From positions 64,001 to 128,000 of the forward strand of contig CAWGMA010000001.1 of NCBI GenBank assembly GCA_963823555.1: 64,000 nt of DNA, in the 5' to 3' direction. The stretch comes from Candidatus Eiseniibacteriota bacterium. Its GTDB lineage: Bacteria > Eisenbacteria > RBG-16-71-46 > CAVPCR01. The first letter of the stretch is position 1. Each line of letters begins with the position of its first letter. The notes beneath the pieces are model-generated. The model was not told the origin of the DNA and searched no databases. It saw only the letters and a list, made by a program, of their open reading frames with translations. This document shows positions 20,101 through 28,615 of the stretch, piece after piece. The position numbers were made by a program, and so were the translations under genes.

Positions 20101-22017
20101 CATGGGGACCACCGCATTGGTGTAGAGATCCACCTCCGGATCTCCGAGCAGCGTCGTCGCCATCAGGTTCCAGCGGTTGGGGCCGTCGAAATCCGATCCC
20201 GGGATGAGAGAGGCGCGCGCCATGTCGGTGGCGGGGCCCAGTGAACGGGCGGAATCCTGCCACACGGTCTCGAACCAGGCGGTCTGGTAGGTGCGAGAGG
20301 CGGTGACGAAAGCCAGGCGGGAGGTCCCGATGTAGGCGATCGACCCCCCGTTCGCGTTCTTCACCCAGCGCTCGCCGATCGAATTGAAATCGATCGAGGC
20401 GGAGCTGCAGTTGATGGCGAACACCACCGAGTTCTTCGGTGCGTTGATGAGCCCATCGGAGTCGGCATTATTGAGCGTTCCGGAACCCACCGACATGGTG
20501 TTGCGATAGCCGTGGCCGACGTGGTGCACGATGCCGAACCCGGCGTTGATCGAGTCGATGGCGGCCTCTTTCGTGAGCTCGATGGATCCGGGGTAGCTCG
20601 CCGACTCCTCGTAGAGACGCACCTTACGGATCCAGGACGGCACCAGCGCCAGCGCTTCCTGGGCGATGTCGGCACCATGGGTGGTGGGGAAGAGCCGCTC
20701 GGCGAGAGTCAGGATCGACGCGGGATAGCGCGCGAGCATGGGTGCGTTCTGCTCGTACAGAAGCGTCTTGTCGACAAACGTGGCTGCCTGGCTCACGGTG
20801 GACACGGGAGCCCGGCCGATATTCACCTCGTTGTAGAAGTCCACCTCGTCGCTCGAACCGCCCGGTTCGACCCCCTCGCCGAACAAGGCGTCTCCATCGG
20901 CGTTCCAGTTGCCGTCGAGACAGCCGTAGTAGATGTCCGAGGGGATGAACTCCCCACCATAGAAGATGGTGTAACCGTAGCGGGGCGGCACGATGTCGGT
21001 GTCGCCACCGAGGAGCACGTAGCGCGTCCCCCAGTTCTGATACGCATCACGGATGAAGAACCGGACCCGCTCCGCCCGGTCCACCCCGTTCGGGTACGTC
21101 TGGTCGATCCACTCGACCGTCCTGACCGCCGCCTGCACCCCCTTCAGCGTCTTCCAGCCCGCCAGCCGCTGGAACTCCCCCGCGAGCGCCGCCGACGTCA
21201 CCACCACGTACTCCACCGCGCTGCCGTCCGTCGTCGGCCGGAACGTCGGCTGGTACGGCCCCGGACCCGCCGGACCGCTCCCCGCATCGCCCCCACCCTC
21301 GGTCGCCGCCGCCGGGGTGAACCCGCGGATCCACTTCGATGCGTCCGCCTCGAACTTCGACTCGATCGCCGCCGACACCCGCCGCCGCTCGACCGCCTCC
21401 GGCATCCCTGCCGGCCGCCCCGGCTCGAGGACGAGCTCGACCTCGACCACGCTCGCCCGCTCGAGCTGACCCGTCCCCGGCGACCACCTGACCGGCGACA
21501 CCAGCACTCCCGCCAGCTGGTGACCGCGGAGCGTCCCCTCGCTCCCGAGCCGGGCCCACTCCCCAGGCACCGGCCCCGCGCTCCCGTACACCTCCGCGTC
21601 CGCCACCGCCGCCTTCTCTTCGTCGCTCACGCGCACGTCCGGCGCCACCGGTCGCACCCGCACCACTCCCAGCTCCGCCACCCCCTGGGCCCGGCTCTTG
21701 ACCCCCACCACCCGCATCCCCGATGGCACCTCGATCCACACCGGCACGAGCGGTAGATCCGGCGACCCGGTCGGAGACGCCGCCGCTCCCGGGTAGCGCA
21801 CCACCACCGTGCCGTCCGCCTGTTCCTCCAGCCGGAGATCGCCTGCCTCGAAGCGCACCTCCTCGCGGACCACGGTGGAATGAGGAGCGCCGCTCGCCTC
21901 ACGGGCGTCGATCGACCCCATGCTGGTTGCGGCAAGGGCGATGAGGAGAGTGGTGAGAAGAAGATTGGGGCGAGTGCGAAGTCCAGGTGCGAACAGGGCA
22001 CCGGAAGCACAACTCAT
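17146..22017 (-). CDS. Large secreted C25 (gingipain-like) cysteine peptidase: propeptide, C25, Ig/FN3, FG-GAP propeller, FlgD-Ig CTD
   Basis: GGAGG RBS before ATG 22017; YVLLGGD, SDIYY, IGRAP, catalytic VGHG and INCSS, LLGDP; repeated DxDxDG (FG-GAP); C-terminal PNPFNP...WDGR...SGVYF. Confidence 0.92.
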   Translation of the reverse strand: MSCASGALFAPGLRTRPNLLLTTLLIALAATSMGSIDAREASGAPHSTVVREEVRFEAGDLRLEEQADGTVVVRYPGAAASPTGSPDLPLVPVWIEVPSGMRVVGVKSRAQGVAELGVVRVRPVAPDVRVSDEEKAAVADAEVYGSAGPVPGEWARLGSEGTLRGHQLAGVLVSPVRWSPGTGQLERASVVEVELVLEPGRPAGMPEAVERRRVSAAIESKFEADASKWIRGFTPAAATEGGGDAGSGPAGPGPYQPTFRPTTDGSAVEYVVVTSAALAGEFQRLAGWKTLKGVQAAVRTVEWIDQTYPNGVDRAERVRFFIRDAYQNWGTRYVLLGGDTDIVPPRYGYTIFYGGEFIPSDIYYGCLDGNWNADGDALFGEGVEPGGSSDEVDFYNEVNIGRAPVSTVSQAATFVDKTLLYEQNAPMLARYPASILTLAERLFPTTHGADIAQEALALVPSWIRKVRLYEESASYPGSIELTKEAAIDSINAGFGIVHHVGHGYRNTMSVGSGTLNNADSDGLINAPKNSVVFAINCSSASIDFNSIGERWVKNANGGSIAYIGTSRLAFVTASRTYQTAWFETVWQDSARSLGPATDMARASLIPGSDFDGPNRWNLMATTLLGDPEVDLYTNAVVPMQVAHASSVAIGGSPLAVTVTAQGSPVAGATVTLLKGTETYVRGVTAASGLAQLPIEAQTQGFMELTVHKSYYKAYSGQIGVAAGSGPYVHVASFVVDDDNIGQSIGDGDGQADAGETIELRVTLRNSGGAQVTGLVGTLADNDPENAITILQPTVNYGTISPGGSSQGTAAFLVSIAVNAPVAYQPVFTLAASGGQGTWTDALVLPIRRPYLEHYKHVADDAAPRGNGNGVIEAGEEIYYRVTLRNTGQDRAVGVTGTLRALRVSDRQPHPEVTVTDGTSSFGTLGAGQETEGDRFAFTLSGQADPTTVLLELRLADALGQAPLQYLDVLAPAAADSFNAFGSPSAIRLTWKRSPATDVRGYDIYRADAAGGPFNRINNFTVDGTSAFEDLNLPGLTRFYYKIVARDSSYNESVPSPVFSGTTNPAIASGWPQEVTQQTSSSITVADIDQGQHIEMLVGSDMQYAWHGDGTEVTDGDEDPRTNGPFSLLGKRSITAGFAAAPAVGDVNGNGFQEVANVGFTADSLFLWDFRGVPLPGWPKWVMDDLNWGSPLMADLDGDGDLEIVVWAAGGGRLFAWHHTGQEVANGDNNPATNGVLAQVTGISFCYGSAAVAQLDQDPQLEILCSANYSTGNTGAVYAFNIDGTGVLGWPFLSGSAQNPSQVSSSIAVADIDRNGTDEVIFSAERDGGRVYVLSRDGSVRAGWPQFAPAYTPDARLPSPVVADIDADTYLDVVFADTDGMLRAWNRSGSPLPGFPVAYTPDQASQTTQSTPSVGDIDGDGRLEILFGDEKGKLHGYNHDGTLTNGFPIQINGEVRGTPALWDVDRDGLLEVAVAGYDATVYVWEVPGAFNPSLLPWPFFRHDTRNTGRFTTPTQQIGIEEPAAAPLVATAAFHPARPNPFNPATTLAFDVPGEAGGARQVTLDIYDVNGRLLRRLVDGLVETGQQTVAWDGRGGSGAVQASGVYFARIQIGDFTATQKLTMLR

Positions 22018-22312
22018 CGGGAATCCTCCGGGGTAGGGGAAGCTGGTTGTCACCTAATGTCAACTCGTCCGCGGCGTTATCACAGCTAGACGCTGTGCCG
22101 GTGGGACGCTCGGGGGCAAGATTCTGGGTATGGGCGACCCAGGAACGCCCGCCAGCAGATGGGCGGGCGGGCGTTCGACCGCGTGGCAGGCGCCCAATAG
22201 TGTACCAGAAGGAGGGCGGCCGGGGGTCAAGGGAAACCCAGGCCGCCGAGCCCGGGTTCCTGCTCGGCGCGGCGCCGGGCGCGGCGGCGGCCCATGGAGG
22301 GATGGAGCCAGT

Positions 22313-23863
22313 TCAGGGGACGATGGCGACCGAGCGGCGGGAATGCCCCTCGCCACCGTCGAGATCGACATAGTAGACGCCGGCGCTCAGACCGCTGGTA
22401 TCGATCCGGCTGAAGTGGACCCCGGCGGCCCCGGACAGGGGTCCGCTCGTCCGCACCACCTGCCCACGCGCATTGGTCAGGCGCGCGGTCGCAGATCCGG
22501 GCCTCGTGATCCGGTAGCGGATCACGACCGCCTCTCCCCGCTTGATCGGGTTGTGGAGCACGGCCATCATTCCATTCCCGCGGCCGTCGCCGGCCAGGGG
22601 ATCGAGAACCACGTCCGCCGGGTCCGGCATGGCATCCCAGACCGCCACCAGGTCGGGGAATGGGCCCACCAGACCGGGAGTGTGGTCCGTCGTGATCACG
22701 CAGTCGATGCCGAGCGTCCGGCAATCCGCCATGAGCTGATCGAAGTCGGGAGCCTGGGGTGCATCCGGGGACAGTGGCGTGTGCTGGTGGAAGAAGACCC
22801 GGATCGGGATCAGATCGCCGAGGACGTCTGCTGCGTACTGGTTGGCAAAGGTGCCCGGTCCGGTCGGCAGGATGGGAGAGGTGAAGAAGACCTGCTTCGA
22901 GCGGCAGGACCACGTGTTCCAGTCGCCGATGAGCGAGTCGCCGTAGGCGAACCAGAAAAGGAAGCGCTCGCCTCCCGGCAGCGCCGACAGCGGGAAGGAG
23001 GCAACGGCGGTGTTCTCCCAGGTCGCAATCGGCGTGATCTCGCCCAAGGGACCTCCTGGAGTTCCTGCCCAGAGTTGCACGTGCCGGGTGGGACTGGTGA
23101 GCGTCAGCGAGGCGGCGATCGAATCGAACTCGGCACTCACGAAGCGTGAATAGCCCACCGTGCCCAGGGTGCGCCGTGCGCGCACGGCAGCGAAGACTTC
23201 CGCCATGGCTTCCGTGGCTGGCAGCTCGTGCCAGTCCGGGCGCACGAAGACCACGGTGCACGGAGCGCCGCAGCCGAAGTAGAAGACAGTGGGGGAGAGG
23301 TGGAAGTCGACCTCGAGAAGGAACGCCGGGATCTGCTCGGTGGCGACGGTCGTGCTGTAGACCTGCCCCATCTGGATCGACAGCTGACGCCGCCAGTTCG
23401 AGTCCCCGTTGTAAGTGGGGGAGACGCCCACGTTGAGGAGGGCGATGGCATCGGGATACCAGGTGTCCTGAGTGGCGTGGATGATGCCGAGGAGATCCGT
23501 GATCTGGCGTTCAGGGGGGTACACTGGATCGCGCCAGTTGGGATGGGCGAACCACCACAGCGGATCGCTCCCTTGACGATCCAGGTTCATGATGTCAGCG
23601 GCCCGCTGCTGGTAGGGCGGGATCGGTTGACCCTGCCAGGCGTAGGTCGCGAGCGGCGCTCTGACTCCAGCCACGCCCAGGTGCACCCAGTCGGTGGTGT
23701 ACTCGAGGCCGGTGACGAGGAGAACGCGGGAGTTGTCACCCGGTTCGGGATCGGCGCCGGCGTTGCCCGTCGTGAGACCGAGCAGCGAGATCCCGATGAT
23801 GCCGGAGCAGAGGAAGGCGGCCGAACAGCGGTGCCGGGGTCCGGAGGGGAGACCCAATTTCAC
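22313..23863 (-). CDS. Secreted PHP-family (CehA/McbA-like) metallohydrolase, apparently circularly permuted, with C-terminal sorting-type domain
   Basis: Signal-like N-terminus; motifs in order GLEYTT..H, AHP, DFH, HQHT..SPD, GIDCVITTDH; C-terminal NP...GLSAGVYYV; start uncertain (GTG 23863 chosen). Confidence 0.72.
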   Translation of the reverse strand: MKLGLPSGPRHRCSAAFLCSGIIGISLLGLTTGNAGADPEPGDNSRVLLVTGLEYTTDWVHLGVAGVRAPLATYAWQGQPIPPYQQRAADIMNLDRQGSDPLWWFAHPNWRDPVYPPERQITDLLGIIHATQDTWYPDAIALLNVGVSPTYNGDSNWRRQLSIQMGQVYSTTVATEQIPAFLLEVDFHLSPTVFYFGCGAPCTVVFVRPDWHELPATEAMAEVFAAVRARRTLGTVGYSRFVSAEFDSIAASLTLTSPTRHVQLWAGTPGGPLGEITPIATWENTAVASFPLSALPGGERFLFWFAYGDSLIGDWNTWSCRSKQVFFTSPILPTGPGTFANQYAADVLGDLIPIRVFFHQHTPLSPDAPQAPDFDQLMADCRTLGIDCVITTDHTPGLVGPFPDLVAVWDAMPDPADVVLDPLAGDGRGNGMMAVLHNPIKRGEAVVIRYRITRPGSATARLTNARGQVVRTSGPLSGAAGVHFSRIDTSGLSAGVYYVDLDGGEGHSRRSVAIVP

Positions 23864-24033
23864 AAACCTCAATGAGCGCTCGACGCGCTCATTCAGGGAA
23901 TGCCGGCAAGAGGGACCGGCGAACGTTCGGGACGTAACCCGCATCCATTGTAGCACCGGCGATGGCCTCCCGGGGCAACGGTGAAATCGGGTTGCACTCG
24001 CACCACCAGGTGAGCTTCGCTATGCTCCGCACG

Positions 24034-25005
24034 ATGAGCGTGTCCAAGAGCTTCCGTCATCCCCGCCGGAATCGGCAGCGTCTGGCCTGGGCTCTTCCGG
24101 GGCTCGTCCTGGCCAGCCTGTGGCTTCAGATCCCGGCCGCCGCCCAGGTCCCGGCCGACTCCCTCCTTCTCGCTCCCGGGCCGGTCGACAGCCTGGGCCG
24201 ACCGCTCGAGATCTGGCGCGTGCCGGCCCTTGCCGTCGAGGACACCTTCGGGGTGCGGGTCCGGTACGCGCTCCGCACCGTGGAGGTCCAGGGCAAGCGG
24301 CTCACACTCAGGGATATCCTCGAGCGAGCACGCGAGGGCGAGCGCCGCCGCCGCGAGGCGATCGAGGACGTGAGCTACACGGAGCAGGTGCGTGTCGTTC
24401 TCGCCGGGAGTCGCACCGATAAGGACAGGCGGCGCATCTTCGAAGAGCGGAGTCGCACCTACTTCAAGCCTCCCGACCGATCGCTTCGGGTCGAGCTCGC
24501 TGAACGCGAGTACGGCGATCAAGACGAGCGCGAAGACCTGAAAGTCAAGGCCCAGGTCTCGATCAGTGTCGATGACGCTCTGGACTTCGCTCAGGGTCCG
24601 TTCTATCTCGAGGACATCGACTCGTATCGCTACGAGATCCACGATCGAAAGCTGTTCCCCGATCGCGTGCTCTACGCGGTGACATTCACTCCGCGCTCGG
24701 ATTTCGATCCCTTGCCTGAGGGTACGTTCTGGATCGACACCGCGGACTTCGTCATCGTGCACGAGGAAATGGCTTTTGCCCGCAACCCGCTGCCGCTGAT
24801 CCTCAAGTCGATCGATGAGATCGTGCGCGAGCGGCGTCTCGTCGATGATCACTGGGTGGTCACGCGGCTCCAGGTGAAGGCGGAGGTGCTCTCGGCGCTC
24901 GTCTTCGGCTTCAAGAAGGTGGAGGTGGAGGCCCTGTTCAGCGATTTCGCCTTCGATCAGGGTCTCGAGGACTCCCTCTTCGAAGGTCGAGGGAGCGCGC
25001 GGTGA
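24034..25005 (+). CDS. Exported beta-rich protein resembling the N-terminal half of DUF5686 proteins
   Basis: Signal peptide; YRYEI...VTFTPR...EGTFWIDTADFVI...FSDFAFDQGL pattern; 4-bp overlap with next gene. Confidence 0.5.
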   Translation: MSVSKSFRHPRRNRQRLAWALPGLVLASLWLQIPAAAQVPADSLLLAPGPVDSLGRPLEIWRVPALAVEDTFGVRVRYALRTVEVQGKRLTLRDILERAREGERRRREAIEDVSYTEQVRVVLAGSRTDKDRRRIFEERSRTYFKPPDRSLRVELAEREYGDQDEREDLKVKAQVSISVDDALDFAQGPFYLEDIDSYRYEIHDRKLFPDRVLYAVTFTPRSDFDPLPEGTFWIDTADFVIVHEEMAFARNPLPLILKSIDEIVRERRLVDDHWVVTRLQVKAEVLSALVFGFKKVEVEALFSDFAFDQGLEDSLFEGRGSAR

Positions 25006-26411
25006 GACGCCGCATCGCGGTCGTCCTCATGATCGGCGCCATCGCCGGGCTGGTGCCACTCCACCGGGTCCGCGCCGATCTGGGAGATGAGGTCGAGGCC
25101 CCCATCCCCGCCGAGCAATCCTTCGAGAGCTTTCTCGACAGCCTGCAGACGCGGGACGCGACCGTGTCACGGCAAGGCGTGCGTGAGGAATGGCCGGCCG
25201 CCGATAGTCTGGCCGCTCTCGTGATCGAGCGTGGGCCCGCCGTTGCCGATTCGCTCTCTCAGTTCCCGCCGCCCAAGCGGTTCCAGTTCGACGGCGGGCC
25301 CAGTCTCATCACCTACAACCGCGTCGAGGGCTTTCGTCTCGGTGCCCGCCTCGAACTCAAGGGGGATCGGTTCTCGCTCACGGGCGCTGCGGGCTACGCC
25401 TTCTCCGCGGAGAGGTGGCGCCACCGCGAAGAATGGCGCTTCAATACAGAAAGTGCCGGGAGCTTCTTCGCCCACTATCGCGATCTCGTCGAGCCCTACG
25501 GTCTGCGGTTGCCCGAGGCGGCGAACAGCGTCTACGCGTTCTTTGCCGGTGCCGACGACATGGACTACCTGAGGCGGGAGGGATTCGGTTTCGGGTGGCG
25601 CGTGGGCGCGCAGCGGCGCTCCCTGGAGGCGGAGTTCGCAGTTCACGACGAATCGAGCGAACCCGCCCGCACGGACTGGAATCTGTTCTCCCGCGATCGC
25701 GGGCCGCGTCCGAATCCTGCCATCGACGAGGGGACGGCGCGCCGGATCATGATCACGGCTCGCTCGGCCCACGAGGTGCCCAGCCTCCGCGGGGCCGCCA
25801 TCGATCTCGACCTCGGCGTCGAGATCGCCGGCTATGGGCTCGGCGGTGACTTCGACTATGACCGCTACCAGCTCGAGATCGAGACCGACTTCCATGCGCT
25901 GGCCCGGGACGACGCCCGGCTGCGGCTTCTGGCCGGCGGCGCGCGCAACGGACTGCCCGTGCAGTCGCGCTTCTATCTGGGTGGTCCGGCGGCGCTCCGC
26001 GCCTATGGCGTGAATGAATTCTCCGGAGACCGCTTGCTCCATGCCTCGCTCGATTACCTGGTCGGCACCGATCCGATGGCGCGTCTCGGTCTCCGCCGGA
26101 TCCAGATCCAGTTCGTGCCCTTCGCGGAGATCGGAGCCGCCTGGTTCGATGACGACGGGCGCGGTCTGTTCTCGGAGCCGAGATCATCTGACTGGCGGAG
26201 CGATGCCGGCATCGGCTTCCAGCGCAACGTGTTCTTCGGCGCCACCCTCCGCTTCGATCTCGCCTACCGCCTCGACCGCGGCTCGGATCGCCTGACGACG
26301 CGCTTCGCCTTCAAGGCCCCGCTCTTCGATCGTCTGGCCGGCGAGGAGATGGAAGGTGGACGGCGGCGGGAGGAGAGACGGGAACGGCGCCGGGGCTCGG
26401 GGGACGACTAG
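25002..26411 (+). CDS. Outer-membrane beta-barrel protein (DUF5686/Omp85-like)
   Basis: Signal peptide; YNRVEGFRLG; Omp85-like LGGPAALRAY loop; amphipathic strands ending LRFDLAY. Confidence 0.65.
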   Translation: MRRRIAVVLMIGAIAGLVPLHRVRADLGDEVEAPIPAEQSFESFLDSLQTRDATVSRQGVREEWPAADSLAALVIERGPAVADSLSQFPPPKRFQFDGGPSLITYNRVEGFRLGARLELKGDRFSLTGAAGYAFSAERWRHREEWRFNTESAGSFFAHYRDLVEPYGLRLPEAANSVYAFFAGADDMDYLRREGFGFGWRVGAQRRSLEAEFAVHDESSEPARTDWNLFSRDRGPRPNPAIDEGTARRIMITARSAHEVPSLRGAAIDLDLGVEIAGYGLGGDFDYDRYQLEIETDFHALARDDARLRLLAGGARNGLPVQSRFYLGGPAALRAYGVNEFSGDRLLHASLDYLVGTDPMARLGLRRIQIQFVPFAEIGAAWFDDDGRGLFSEPRSSDWRSDAGIGFQRNVFFGATLRFDLAYRLDRGSDRLTTRFAFKAPLFDRLAGEEMEGGRRREERRERRRGSGDD

Positions 26412-28345
26412 CCGTTGCCCTTCACCGGCGAGGTCGCCGCGACCTGCGCCGCATCCGGGGCCGGCGCGCCGGAGCGAGTCGACTTGAGCTCCGAAACCGA
26501 GAGCTTGCGCAGCATCGAGCGCTTCTTCTGCTGATGGAGTTGCATGCGATGCAGCACGTTGTTGAGGAAGCGAGCAGCCTCGACGACATGCTGGCCCTTG
26601 TTGAGCATCACGCACTCGGCCCGTCCGCTCATGGCGGCGTCGGTCACCTCGGCGCGTGAAGGCGTGCCCTTCTGTGCCAGGTTCTCGAGCACCTGGGTCG
26701 CCCAGATGACCGGGACGTGCGCCGCCTCGCACAGCCAGAGGATTTCCTCCTGGACCTCGGCCAGGCGGTCGAAGCCCACCTCGACCGCAAGATCCCCGCG
26801 TGCCACCATGACTCCGATGGGTGGCGACTTGAGCCCCACCAGCAACAGACGCGGCAGGAGCTCGAACGCGCTCCGGTTCTCGATCTTGAGCATGACGCCG
26901 AGGTGAGCTCCGCCCCGCCGTGCCAGCTCGTCCTGAAGAAGCACGAGATCCTCCGGCGTGCGGACGAAGGACAGACCCACCATATCCGCATGCTTGACGG
27001 CCACATCGAGGTTGGCAAGGTCACGGCTCGTGAGCGGCGGGAGGCGGAGCCGGGAGTCCGGCAGATTGATGCCGCGGTCGGAGCGCAGCTGTGATCCCTT
27101 GCGGCGTGCCTGCTGGATCTCGACTCTCACTTCCTTCGCGCCCGCGCTGCGGATGACTCCGCTGATCCGGCCGTCGTCGAAGAAGATGCGCTCCCCGGTC
27201 TTCAAGTCGGGAAAGACCTCGGCCAGCGTGCAGGGGATGCGGGCCGGGATGGTCGTGCCGTCCGCCTGCGCGAGCGCCGGGCGGGCCGGCTCATCGGCGC
27301 TGGTGAGGATGACGGTATCCCCGGGGCAGATCCGGATCGGTTCCTCGACGAAGGGGAGGTTGCCGACCCGGCCCCATGCCACGGTCGTCCCCTCACGCTG
27401 CAGCTCGAGTGCGGTGCCCTCGAGCACGTAGGCACCGTGCTCCGCCTCCCCCCAGAGACCAGGGATGGCCTGGCTGTCGCTCGTCCCGGTGATGGTGAAG
27501 CCGCGCTCCTTGCCCCGGCAGTCGATGAAAGCCACGAAATCGCCTGGGCGTGCCCTGGCTACCAGCTCGGCGTCGATGGGAATCGCGGCGTCTGCCTCGG
27601 GAGGGGTGGCCGGGGACTCACCGCTCGAGTCGAGCCAGACCCGTGCCGGGGCCGCCATCCCGCCGCCTACGTTGCGCCGGGGCTTGATGCGGACCACATG
27701 TCGCCCCCCGGCGATGGTGCCGGTACGGAGCCTTGGGCCGGCGAGATCCATGAGCACACGGCAACTCCGTCCCTCTTCCTGCTCGGCGCGGCGCAGATGG
27801 GCGATCATGCGCATCCAGTCCGGGGCGTCGTCGTGGGCGCAGTTGATGCGCATGACGTCCATGCCGGCGGCGAGAAGCCCGCGCACGATCTCGTAGCGGT
27901 CGGCAGCCTCGCTTGGCATGGTGACCATGATGCGCACGTCGCGTCCCTTGGGTGGGGGACCCAGCAAGCGCGCGGCATGATCGGCGAGGAGCGCCGGCCC
28001 GGTGGTGAAATCGACCGGCGGGATGTCCCCCGGCGGTCGCGTCATCTCGAGCCCCGCCAGGCGGTGGAGGGCTTCCAGCACCGAATCGAGGCCGGCGAGG
28101 GTATGAGCCTCGGTCCGTCCCAGCGATGAGAGGCCCAGGGAGACGAGATCACGCTGCAGATCCCGGAGCTCGTTCTGGCGCAAGCCGAGGTAGTGGAGGA
28201 GATTGCGTGCACTCGGACGATAATCGGGGGCGACCTGGTCGACCTCGGCGGTGAATGAACGCTCGACGGCGAGGCACTCGTCCCGGATCTCGGTCAGGGC
28301 TCGGATCAGCGGGTTCAGATGAGGCGGGGTGAAGAGTGTCGTCAT
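26408..28345 (-). CDS. pyk: Pyruvate kinase (long form with expanded B domain)
   Basis: IMVT, RINCAH, DLAGP, LSFVR, LKIE, MVARGDL, WATQVLE, RAEVTD, CVMLN. Confidence 0.93.
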   Translation of the reverse strand: MTTLFTPPHLNPLIRALTEIRDECLAVERSFTAEVDQVAPDYRPSARNLLHYLGLRQNELRDLQRDLVSLGLSSLGRTEAHTLAGLDSVLEALHRLAGLEMTRPPGDIPPVDFTTGPALLADHAARLLGPPPKGRDVRIMVTMPSEAADRYEIVRGLLAAGMDVMRINCAHDDAPDWMRMIAHLRRAEQEEGRSCRVLMDLAGPRLRTGTIAGGRHVVRIKPRRNVGGGMAAPARVWLDSSGESPATPPEADAAIPIDAELVARARPGDFVAFIDCRGKERGFTITGTSDSQAIPGLWGEAEHGAYVLEGTALELQREGTTVAWGRVGNLPFVEEPIRICPGDTVILTSADEPARPALAQADGTTIPARIPCTLAEVFPDLKTGERIFFDDGRISGVIRSAGAKEVRVEIQQARRKGSQLRSDRGINLPDSRLRLPPLTSRDLANLDVAVKHADMVGLSFVRTPEDLVLLQDELARRGGAHLGVMLKIENRSAFELLPRLLLVGLKSPPIGVMVARGDLAVEVGFDRLAEVQEEILWLCEAAHVPVIWATQVLENLAQKGTPSRAEVTDAAMSGRAECVMLNKGQHVVEAARFLNNVLHRMQLHQQKKRSMLRKLSVSELKSTRSGAPAPDAAQVAATSPVKGNG

Positions 28346-28615
28346 ATCGGTCCGCGCGGGCAGTACCGCGACCGGGGCGAAGGTCGCTCCTGCCTCGACG
28401 CGATAGATGATCCCTCCATTGAGGATAGAGCCATAGCTCGCGGCGGGCAACCGGGGGACGGGCCGGTTCGGGGCAGCCCGGACGGGTTCCGAAGTGAGCC
28501 GACCAGGCCAGGTCGAAAGGTGATAAACTCATGTGAGATAGTGCGGCGATCCGGCCTCCGGTGGCCTGGCCCTGGCGGGGATCGCCCGCCTGCCATTGAC
28601 CCGAGGAGGCCAACG

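Noticed and set aside
17146..22017. C25 protein as the PorU sortase of the CTD system
   Set aside because: Its propeptide, FG-GAP propeller and own CTD fit secreted cargo at least as well; no porV or other T9SS gene is adjacent
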